A DNA stretch of 64,000 bases, from NCBI GenBank assembly GCA_965218415.1, contig CBDCKT010000003.1:1896904-1960903 (forward strand). Direction: 5' to 3'. Source of the DNA: Variovorax sp. Lineage in GTDB: Bacteria; Pseudomonadota; Gammaproteobacteria; Burkholderiales; Burkholderiaceae_C. Position 1 is the stretch's first letter. Each line of letters opens with the position of its first letter. Below are positions 32,548 through 40,507 of the stretch, piece after piece. The notes below the pieces were generated by a model. The model was given only the letters and a program-made list of their open reading frames with translations, had not been told where the DNA came from and searched no databases. The translations under genes were made by a program, and so were the position numbers.

Positions 32548-33327
32548 ATGCAGCCGACGCCTCTTGCGCCGTTCGGAGCGCAAGTACACGGGTTGGACCT
32601 TCGTGCGGCTTCCAGCCGACAGATGGCCGAAATCGCATTTCTGATTGCGAGCGCCAGAGTGGTGGTTTTCCGCGGCCAGCAGGCCGACGATGCCCAGTTC
32701 GTTCGCTTCCTTCGCGGGCTCGGCAGGCTCACGTTCACGCGCGGTGAGACGCCGGTAGAAGGCGCGCCGGATCTGAACATCGTGACGAACCTGGGGCGGT
32801 CAACGCCGCCACGCAGCGTCTTTCACACCGATTCGAGCTACATGGCAAGCCCGCCCTCATTCACTGCGCTTCGCCCGGCGCAGTTGCCGAATGCGGGCGG
32901 GCAGACCCTGTTTTCAGACCAGGTTCGGGTGGCCAGCGAGTTGACACCCGCCGTCAGGCGATGGCTCGCGGGGCGACGCGTGCTGCATCGGTCGACCGGG
33001 ATCGACAGGGAAACCGAATCGCACTGGCATCCACTTTTCCGTCGTCATCCATTGACGGGCGAAACCGCGTTGTTTTTGTCGACGCCGCAGCGCTGCGTCG
33101 AACTCAGCGGCGCCGATCGAGCGACCGCGCAGCGCGTGATCGGCGCGTTGTACCGACGCAGCACCCGGCCTTCGAGGCTCTATCGCCATCGATGGCAAGC
33201 CGGCGACATACTTGTTTGGGACAACCGCGTGACGATGCACCGCGCCGATCATGCGGACGTCTCGGGCGCACGCGTGCTGCATCGTGGCATGGTGGCTGGA
33301 GAGGTTCCGCAAGCTGCCACAGAGTAG
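32548..33327 (+). CDS. TauD/TfdA family Fe(II)/2-oxoglutarate dioxygenase
   Basis: PFGAQVHGLDL, VVVFRGQ, FHTDSSY (HxD), GGQTLFSD, HPLFRRHPLTGE, WQAGDILVWDNR..MHR and RVLHR motifs. Confidence 0.92.
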   Translation: MQPTPLAPFGAQVHGLDLRAASSRQMAEIAFLIASARVVVFRGQQADDAQFVRFLRGLGRLTFTRGETPVEGAPDLNIVTNLGRSTPPRSVFHTDSSYMASPPSFTALRPAQLPNAGGQTLFSDQVRVASELTPAVRRWLAGRRVLHRSTGIDRETESHWHPLFRRHPLTGETALFLSTPQRCVELSGADRATAQRVIGALYRRSTRPSRLYRHRWQAGDILVWDNRVTMHRADHADVSGARVLHRGMVAGEVPQAATE

Positions 33328-33366
33328 CCACGTCGCCATCCGCAGGGGTCGCAGCGCTTCAGGCAG

Positions 33367-33430
33367 ATTTTGAAAGAATAGTGCTTGAAACGCCCGTCAG
33401 TCTTGCGCAGACAGCTATAACTTTAATAGC
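33367..33430 (+). repeat. 64-bp dispersed repeat, copy 8 (right flank of the MAA cluster)
   Basis: ATTTTGAAAGAATAGTGCTTGAAACGCCCGTCAGTCTTGCGCAGACAGCTATAACTTTAATAGC. Confidence 0.9.
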
Positions 33431-33479
33431 GTTTCAATGGAGAAACAGAGCAGGGCGCAAGCTCGGTCCTCGCCATTTT

Positions 33480-34280
33480 TCAAGGTCTGTGCCCCGGTTC
33501 CGGATACACCCACGTGCCGAGCCCTTCGCGCTTGAACGGTTTCCAGTCGTCTTCGGGCTGCGCCAAACGATCCGCCACCGCATACAGCACGGCGGGGTTC
33601 GCGCCGAGGCCCAGATGGCTCGCATGCACCTCGACGTTTTCGGCCTGCGGTCCGACTATTTCGATGCTGCCTTGCCAGGCGACAATGCCGTCGGTGCGGC
33701 TGTAGATCGAGGTGAACGGAACGCGTGGCGTGGCTTGCACATCGCGCCAGCGAGTGGGATCGTCGGCGCGCTGGCCGCTGACGCCTTCGTAGACCTGCCA
33801 GGCATTGGTCGAACGCGGGCCAGCCGAGAAAGGGCTGCCGAGCGTGATGACATTGCGCACGAGTTCGGGCCGGCGTGCGGCCAGCAGCCGGGCGTAGGCG
33901 CCGCCCAGGCTCCAGCCGATCAGGCTCACTTTGCGCCCGTCCTGCCCATGAAGCTGTTCGAGCTTGTCGAACATGCCTTTTTCGATGCCGGGCCGCGGGC
34001 CGAGGTTGCGGCCGAGCCCCCATCCCTGCACGTCGTAGCCGCGCTCGCGCAGGTAGCGGCGCAGGATCCGGGTCGAGCCGTCGCCGGCGATGAGGCCCGG
34101 CAGCACCAGCACCGGATGACCGTCGCCGCGCGGCGCGAGACTCAGCAGCGGCCAGAGCCAAATCGTCGCGCCGAGCTCCCAGAAGGCGCGGCCCTCGGCC
34201 AATTGAAGCCAGCGGGAAGGCGCGGCGATCGACTCGGGCGAGGCGCGGTCGAAGGCAGCGTTGGACATAGTGGCGGTCAT
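33480..34280 (-). CDS. Alpha/beta hydrolase (esterase/lipase-like)
   Basis: VLVLPG, GWSLGG nucleophile elbow, SRTDGIVAW and SHLGLG motifs. Confidence 0.88.
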   Translation of the reverse strand: MTATMSNAAFDRASPESIAAPSRWLQLAEGRAFWELGATIWLWPLLSLAPRGDGHPVLVLPGLIAGDGSTRILRRYLRERGYDVQGWGLGRNLGPRPGIEKGMFDKLEQLHGQDGRKVSLIGWSLGGAYARLLAARRPELVRNVITLGSPFSAGPRSTNAWQVYEGVSGQRADDPTRWRDVQATPRVPFTSIYSRTDGIVAWQGSIEIVGPQAENVEVHASHLGLGANPAVLYAVADRLAQPEDDWKPFKREGLGTWVYPEPGHRP

Positions 34281-34377
34281 GGAGGACTCCTTTTGGGGCT
34301 GGTCGCTTGCAGATACCGGCCTTGCCGGTCTTTCCGGTCCTTCCGGTCGTGACAGTCGGTCAAGCAAAAGCACAGAT

Positions 34378-35022
34378 TCATCGAATGTATTTGCTGCGCA
34401 GGTAATCGAGATAGCCTCGCGAGCCCGGATCGACGTACGGCGCGAGCAGGGTCAGCGTGTAGTACGCGGCAAGACCCGTGTCGGACGCGACCGCGTTGCC
34501 ATCCGCCGACCGACGTGCCGCCACCAAACGTTCGAACGAGAGCCACGAACTGGTCGTGAAAACGATTTGCAGCGCGAGCATCTCGGCTTCGTCTTGTGTC
34601 GCGTTCAGCACGCCAGCCTCGGCCAGACGCTCGCACAAGGCACGTGCACCGAGCAGGTTTTTCGCGACCAGCGCGCGCGCCTTGACCGCCGTGGCAGGGT
34701 ATTCGGCCTCGATGTGCGCGATGTCGCGAAACACGAAGCGGTAGACGTTCACGGTCTCGAAGGTCAGATGCAATGTGAGCCACAGGTCGTCGATCGCGCG
34801 GACCGAATCGGCCGAGTCCGCCAGTTCGAGCAAGCGCTGCTCGAAGCGCCGGTAAAGCCATTCGACGAGCAATCGCTTCGCCTTGAAGTGGTAGTGCAGA
34901 TTGCCGGGGCTGATGCCCATTTCGGCGGCGATTTTGTGCGTCGACACCGACGGCAATCCATGCGCGTTGAAGAGCTGGAGACTGGTTTCCAGAATGCGGT
35001 CGCGCGTGCTGGAGCCGGCCAC
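34378..35022 (-). CDS. TetR family regulator, PhaD-like
   Basis: TRDRILETSLQLFN...STHKIAAEMGISPGNLHYHFK HTH closely resembling Pseudomonas PhaD; YRFVFRD. Confidence 0.85.
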   Translation of the reverse strand: MAGSSTRDRILETSLQLFNAHGLPSVSTHKIAAEMGISPGNLHYHFKAKRLLVEWLYRRFEQRLLELADSADSVRAIDDLWLTLHLTFETVNVYRFVFRDIAHIEAEYPATAVKARALVAKNLLGARALCERLAEAGVLNATQDEAEMLALQIVFTTSSWLSFERLVAARRSADGNAVASDTGLAAYYTLTLLAPYVDPGSRGYLDYLRSKYIR

Positions 35023-35051
35023 GGATCGATTCGGGTTGCGATTGCCAACGC

Positions 35052-35609
35052 TCAGCGCTTGTCGGAACGCGGCTTGCCTGGCTTGGCCAACTTGCCGGAT
35101 CCGGATTCGGCGCCAACCGCAGGCTTGCCGGTCAATTGGTCGAGCTGCCGTTGCAACGCTTCGAACTGCGCGGCGCTCGGCACACCGAGCCGTTCGAGCG
35201 CGGCGGCGATGCGCTGGTCGAACACGTCTTCGATCTTGCGAAAACCGAGCGGATCGAACGATGCCCGGGACACTTGAGATGGCTCGGGAGCCGACCGCCC
35301 CGAAGCCCGCGGCTGCGGCAGCCCGAGCAGCGTTTCGACGACCCGAGTCTGACGTTGCACCACACCGTCGCGCACGTCGCCGAGTGCTCGCAAGCCGGCA
35401 CGCAGCAACCCGTCGCGGGCTTTGGGTGCGGCAGGCGATTTGGCGACTTTCGCCGATGCCTGTGCAGGCCTCGCAGACTGCGCAGAGCGCGGCACGACCG
35501 GCGCGTTGACCTTCTTGCGCGCCGGACTTGCCGCTGCCTCGGTGCGCGCGGCGGCAGCAGCCTTCGCGGGACTCTTGACAGCTAGCTTGCCTGAACGCTT
35601 GTCGGTCAT
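35052..35609 (-). CDS. Phasin (PhaF/PhaI-like) granule-associated protein
   Basis: Ala/Lys/Pro-rich N-terminus; C-terminal KIEDVFDQRIAAALERLGVPS..FEALQRQLDQL phasin signature. Confidence 0.75.
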   Translation of the reverse strand: MTDKRSGKLAVKSPAKAAAAARTEAAASPARKKVNAPVVPRSAQSARPAQASAKVAKSPAAPKARDGLLRAGLRALGDVRDGVVQRQTRVVETLLGLPQPRASGRSAPEPSQVSRASFDPLGFRKIEDVFDQRIAAALERLGVPSAAQFEALQRQLDQLTGKPAVGAESGSGKLAKPGKPRSDKR

Positions 35610-35637
35610 TGCATCTCCGGTTGCCGCGCAGTATGGC

Positions 35638-36177
35638 TTACTTGCGCGCAGCGCGGCGGGCCGGCTTGGTAGCGCGCTTGGGCGTCACGACGACTTCGAT
35701 TTCCGTCGAAACAACGCGCGCCTCAATCGCCTTCGCGCCTTGCGCAACCTTCTCGGCGACTTGCAATGCGAGGTGGGCAGCGGGCAGGTTGACCTGGCGC
35801 ATCGTAGCAACCGCGGTCGGCGACACGTTGAAGGCCATTTCGACGCGGCCGGCGGTGTTGCCGAGGGCGCTGATCGCACCCGAAGTACGGCTGGTCATGC
35901 TGTCGACGGCTTGAACGCTGCGGCCGGCTGCCGCATGTACGCCGTTCAGGACGATGCCCGAAATGCGCTCTTGCGCTGCGACCAGATCGGCCTTGACTTG
36001 CTCGCTCACGAACGGAATCGAGCGGGTCTGAACGAAATTCGAATAGCGCTCGCTGGCGCCACCGATCATGCGTGCGAGGCCGCCGTGCCAGGCTTGCGCC
36101 AGATGCTTGCCGGCATTGCCGTACTGGTCGACGACGTTCAGGGCGACGGAATTGAGGGTTTGAGTAGAAGTAGACAT
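35638..36177 (-). CDS. Hypothetical helical protein, possibly phasin-like
   Basis: 179 aa, amphipathic, basic C-terminal tail; RBS AAGGA; first gene of the operon. Confidence 0.65.
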   Translation of the reverse strand: MSTSTQTLNSVALNVVDQYGNAGKHLAQAWHGGLARMIGGASERYSNFVQTRSIPFVSEQVKADLVAAQERISGIVLNGVHAAAGRSVQAVDSMTSRTSGAISALGNTAGRVEMAFNVSPTAVATMRQVNLPAAHLALQVAEKVAQGAKAIEARVVSTEIEVVVTPKRATKPARRAARK

Positions 36178-36473
36178 GTTTTTCCTTGAGGCGCTGGTTG
36201 AGCTGAGTTGGTAGATATCGTTGTTCGAACAGCGCCACTGTTCAATCAGTGACCGCTTTTCGAAACGACCCGGTAATGGTCTCGCCAAAGCACTGGTCGA
36301 TAAAAACTAGAACAGCGCGATATTTAGGTCAACTGCCCCAATTCGGGCTGTTTTGCGCCGGCGAGCTGCTTATTCTTCCGGGGCTACCTGCGTTTGCGCG
36401 CGGCGCTTGGGGTTGCAACCCGGTGGCAAGCCTCGCGAGCCCACGTATGCTCGCACCTACGAGGAGAACGCCC

Positions 36474-39400
36474 ATGTCCGGTCATAACCCGCTTCATCCC
36501 ATTCCGCACCCGCCGCGCAAACCGATCGTCGGCAACCTGCTGTCGATCGGCTCGGATTCGCCCGTGCTCGACATGTGGAAGATCGCGCGCGATCTCGGCG
36601 GTATTTTCTGGCTCGACATGCCGGGCATGCCGGTGATCGTGGTTTCTTCGCCGGCGTTGGTCGACGAACTCTGCGACGAAAAGCGCTTCGACAAAAGCAC
36701 GCGCGGCGCATTGCGGCGGTTGCGCGCGGCATCGCATGGGCTTTTCACGTCGGACACCGACGAGCCGACCTGGTCGAAGCCGCACAACATCTTGCTGGCC
36801 AACTTCAGCCAGCGCGCGATGCAGGCCTATCACCCGATGATGCTCGACATCGCGAACCAGCTGGTTACCAAATGGGAGCGGCTCAATTTCGACGACCAGG
36901 TCGATGTCACGCGCGACATGACGGCACTCACGCTCGACACGATCGGATTGTGCGGTTTCGGCTACCGCTTCAATTCTTTTTATCGCGAGGGCTTTCATCC
37001 GTTCGTCGACGCGATGGTGCGCACGCTCGAGACGGTGCAGGACCGGCGCGGCCTGCCGCTCGAAGAGCTGATGATGAAAAAGCAGCTGACCCAGCAGCGC
37101 AAGGACATCCGCTACATGCACCGGATGGTCGAGGACATCATCAAGGAGCGTCGCGATAGCGGCGCCGACATCGCGACCCGGCCCGACTTGCTCAGCTACA
37201 TGATCGCTGGTGTCGACAAGAAGAGCGGCGAAAAGCTCGACGACAAGATGATCCGCGACGAGTGCATCGAGTTCCTGATCGCGGGGCACGAGACGACCAG
37301 CGGTTTGCTCTCGTTCGCAATGTACTACCTCGTCAAAAACCCTGAAATTCTCGCGAAGGCGCAGGCCGAAGTCGACACCGTGTTCGGCACCGATCTGGCC
37401 GTTGAGCCGACCTATGCGCAGGTCAATCGGCTGCAATACATCCAGCAAATTCTCAAGGAAGCGCTTCGGATGTACCCCACGGCGCCGGCCATCGCCAAGC
37501 GCGCGCTCGAGGACACGACGATCGGTGGGCAGTACACGATCAAGAAGCGCAACCTCGTGATCCTGCATGCGCTCGCATTGCACCGCGACAAGGCCGTCTG
37601 GGGCGAGGACGCCGACGAGTTCAACCCCGAGCATTTCAGCCGCGAGGCCGAACGCGCCTTGCCGCCGAATGCCTACAAGCCTTTCGGCACCGGGCAGCGC
37701 TCGTGCATCGGGCGCCAGTTTGCGTTGCAGGAGGCGACGCTCACGCTTGCGATGGTGCTGCAGCGTTTCGACTTGATCGACCACACCGACTACAAGCTGA
37801 AGGTGAAAGAAGCGCTCACGATCAAGCCGGAGCATTTTCATATTCAGGTGCGGCTACGCGAGGCGGTTGGCCGATCACCGGCTGCGCGTGCGCCCGCCGG
37901 CGCCGGTTCAGCGTCGGCGTCCGGTGATGCGCAGGCGCAGAGCGCGGTCGCATCGACCGCCGCGCCGCGCCACGGAACGCCGTTGCTGGTGCTGCACGGC
38001 TCGAACCTCGGCACCGCCGAAGACCTCGCGCGCCAGGTGGCGGAAGAGGGCACAGCACGCGGCTTCGCGGCCGAACTCGCGTCGCTCGACGACTTCGCGG
38101 GCACCTTGCCGGTGGCAGGCGCAGTCGTGATCGTGAGCGCCTCGTACAACGGCGTGGCGCCCGACAACGCAGGCGGCTTCGTGCGCTGGCTGAGCGACAC
38201 CGACGCCGCGTTGAAGGGCGTGAACTACAGCGTGTTCGGTTGCGGCAACAGCGATTGGGCCGCGACCTACCAGTCGGTGCCGCGAGCGATCGACGAGAAA
38301 TTGGCCGCGCTAGGCGCGCACCGGATGATGGAGCGCGGCGAGGGCGATGCGCGTGAAGACATGGACGGCGCATTCCAGAGCTGGTTCGGGGCGCTGTGGC
38401 CTGCCCTCGGCCAGACATTGAGCATCGCTGTCGATGCCGCAGGCGGGCGCAGCGAGCCATTGCTGCTAATCGAGGATGTCGCGCCCGCGGGCGTGCTTTC
38501 GCCTGCGGTCGCGCAAGGTTTCAGCCGGCTCATGGTGGCCGTGAACAGCGAATTACAGAGTTCGGCCGAACATGGCGAAGGCGCCGCTGCGACCGATGCA
38601 CGTTCGACCCGCCATGTCGAGTTCGCGCTGCCCGAAGGCATGCGCTATCGCGCGGGCGACCATCTGAGCGTGGCGCCGCGCAACAGCGACTGGATGGTCG
38701 AGCGCGTGATGGCCCGTTTCGGCCTTGCGCGCGACGCACACGTGCGGCTGCGAACCGCGGCCGGCCGCAAGACATTTCTTCCGACCGACCAACCCATCGC
38801 AGTTCGCCGCTTGCTCGGCGAATTCGTCGAACTGCAGGACGTCGCGAGCCGCAAGAGCATTGCGGCGCTGGCAGAACACACCCCATGCCCGGTCACGCGC
38901 GGCAGGCTCGAGGCACTGACCGGTACCAGCGACGAGGCATCGAAGCTCTACAAGTCCGAGGTGCTGCAAAAGCGCAAGTCGGTGTTCGACCTGCTCGACG
39001 AATTTCCGGCTGCCGCGCCGCCCTTCGGTGCAGTGCTGGAAACGCTCGCACCGCTCGCGCCGCGGTATTACTCGATCTCGTCGTCGCCGTTGGCCGATCC
39101 CGCGCGGCTCGCAATCACGGTCGGCGTGGTCGCCGGCAAGGCGCGCTGCGGCGTCGGCGAGTTCGAAGGCGTTTGCTCGAACCATGTGCAGCGGATGCAA
39201 AGCGGCGATGCGGTTCATGCGCTGGTGCGCGAGCCGACCGTCGCATTCCGGCTACCCGACGACCCAATGCGGCCGCTCATCATGGTCGGGCCGGGCACCG
39301 GACTCGCGCCGTTCCGCGCCTTTTTGCAGGAGCGCGAAGCATTGCAAAAAGCCGGCACCGCGCTCGGGCCTGCGATGCTGTTCTTCGGCTGCCGCCATCC

Positions 39401-39725
39401 CCGCGAGGACTTCATCTATGCCGACCAGTTGCAGGGCTGGGCCGATGCTGGGTTGGTGCAGCTCTTCACCGCGTTTTCGCGTGAAAGCAAGCGCAAGGTT
39501 TATGTGCAGGACCTGATGCGCGAGCAATCCGAAGCAGTCTGGAAGCTGATCGATGCCGACGCTGTGATCTACATTTGCGGCGACGGCTCCCGCATGGAAC
39601 CCGATGTGCGGCGCACGCTCGGCGAAATCGCGCGCACGGTCGGGCAGGTGGCCGATCCGGAGCAGTGGATCGAGAAAATGATCGCCCACGATCGCTATGT
39701 CACGGATGTGTGGACGGGAAATTGA
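36474..39725 (+). CDS. Self-sufficient cytochrome P450/NADPH-P450 reductase fusion (CYP102, BM3-like)
   Basis: AGHETT, EALR and FGTGQRSCIG heme motifs; flavodoxin GSNLGTAE and FGCGNSDW; FAD/NADPH motifs RYYSISS, GPGTGLAPF, FFGCR, YICGDG. Confidence 0.96.
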   Translation: MSGHNPLHPIPHPPRKPIVGNLLSIGSDSPVLDMWKIARDLGGIFWLDMPGMPVIVVSSPALVDELCDEKRFDKSTRGALRRLRAASHGLFTSDTDEPTWSKPHNILLANFSQRAMQAYHPMMLDIANQLVTKWERLNFDDQVDVTRDMTALTLDTIGLCGFGYRFNSFYREGFHPFVDAMVRTLETVQDRRGLPLEELMMKKQLTQQRKDIRYMHRMVEDIIKERRDSGADIATRPDLLSYMIAGVDKKSGEKLDDKMIRDECIEFLIAGHETTSGLLSFAMYYLVKNPEILAKAQAEVDTVFGTDLAVEPTYAQVNRLQYIQQILKEALRMYPTAPAIAKRALEDTTIGGQYTIKKRNLVILHALALHRDKAVWGEDADEFNPEHFSREAERALPPNAYKPFGTGQRSCIGRQFALQEATLTLAMVLQRFDLIDHTDYKLKVKEALTIKPEHFHIQVRLREAVGRSPAARAPAGAGSASASGDAQAQSAVASTAAPRHGTPLLVLHGSNLGTAEDLARQVAEEGTARGFAAELASLDDFAGTLPVAGAVVIVSASYNGVAPDNAGGFVRWLSDTDAALKGVNYSVFGCGNSDWAATYQSVPRAIDEKLAALGAHRMMERGEGDAREDMDGAFQSWFGALWPALGQTLSIAVDAAGGRSEPLLLIEDVAPAGVLSPAVAQGFSRLMVAVNSELQSSAEHGEGAAATDARSTRHVEFALPEGMRYRAGDHLSVAPRNSDWMVERVMARFGLARDAHVRLRTAAGRKTFLPTDQPIAVRRLLGEFVELQDVASRKSIAALAEHTPCPVTRGRLEALTGTSDEASKLYKSEVLQKRKSVFDLLDEFPAAAPPFGAVLETLAPLAPRYYSISSSPLADPARLAITVGVVAGKARCGVGEFEGVCSNHVQRMQSGDAVHALVREPTVAFRLPDDPMRPLIMVGPGTGLAPFRAFLQEREALQKAGTALGPAMLFFGCRHPREDFIYADQLQGWADAGLVQLFTAFSRESKRKVYVQDLMREQSEAVWKLIDADAVIYICGDGSRMEPDVRRTLGEIARTVGQVADPEQWIEKMIAHDRYVTDVWTGN

Positions 39726-39785
39726 AGGCCTGCGCCGGCGACCGGGAGCGAAGCCCGCCATCTCGGGAGTGGCTTCGCGGCTGGT

Positions 39786-40205
39786 TTATTTCGCGACCAC
39801 CATCAAAAGTGTCTCGCCAGTCGCCACGAGCACTTCCTTCCCTTCCGATAGTGCGTACAACTCGCACGCCGTAAAGAACTGCGCTTTCCCCGGCTTGACG
39901 ACGCGTGCGCGCGCAGAGAAACGCTCGCCGACCGCAGGGCGCAAACAGTTCACCGAGAAGTGCGAAGCCAGCAAATTGTTGCCTGCCATCGTTGCTGCGG
40001 CGTAGCCGCATGCCGTGTCGATGAGTGCGCCGACAAGGCCGGCATGCATGAAGCCGGTGTATTGACCGACCTCGGCGCGCCACGGCATTTCGATCGTGAC
40101 GCGGCCAACCTCTGCGTCGATCACTTCGATCCCGCACCAGCGATTGAAAGCCGCAAGTTCGTTGAGAGATTTCAAAGACTGAAGGGGATTCGTATTCGCG
40201 TCCAT
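39786..40205 (-). CDS. PaaI family thioesterase
   Basis: HAGLVGALIDTACG hotdog-fold motif. Confidence 0.88.
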   Translation of the reverse strand: MDANTNPLQSLKSLNELAAFNRWCGIEVIDAEVGRVTIEMPWRAEVGQYTGFMHAGLVGALIDTACGYAAATMAGNNLLASHFSVNCLRPAVGERFSARARVVKPGKAQFFTACELYALSEGKEVLVATGETLLMVVAK

Positions 40206-40424
40206 GCGTGCAGCTCCTCCGGTTGGTCGTTCGGAGGGTAAGTCGCAACGGTTGGGTCAATCGTCGCGGCGGTGACAAGCGTTATGGAGGCAAAGGGCCA
40301 ACTCGGCCGACGCCACAAGCGGTCGGCTGAAGCGATGCGTCAGTCGGTCAGGTCGATCAGCGCGTAGCGACGAGACAAGATGTTCAAATCCGCAGCGCAA
40401 TCCCCACGAGCAATACGGGCAACC

Positions 40425-40488
40425 GCTATGAAATAAATAGCTGTTTGCGCACGTCCAGTATGGCTTAGAGCCCGATTCGACTCAAAAC
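40425..40488 (-). repeat. 64-bp dispersed repeat, copy 9
   Basis: Reverse complement ...GGGCTCTAAGCCATACTGGACGTGCGCAAACAGCTATTTATTTCATAGC. Confidence 0.85.
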
Positions 40489-40507
40489 AATCCAAAGCGG
40501 AAGCGCC

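Noticed and set aside
23457-40500. Integrative element inserted at tRNA-Asn carrying the MAA cluster
   Set aside because: No integrase, and I found no duplicate of the tRNA 3' end in the window; accessory character alone does not support it.
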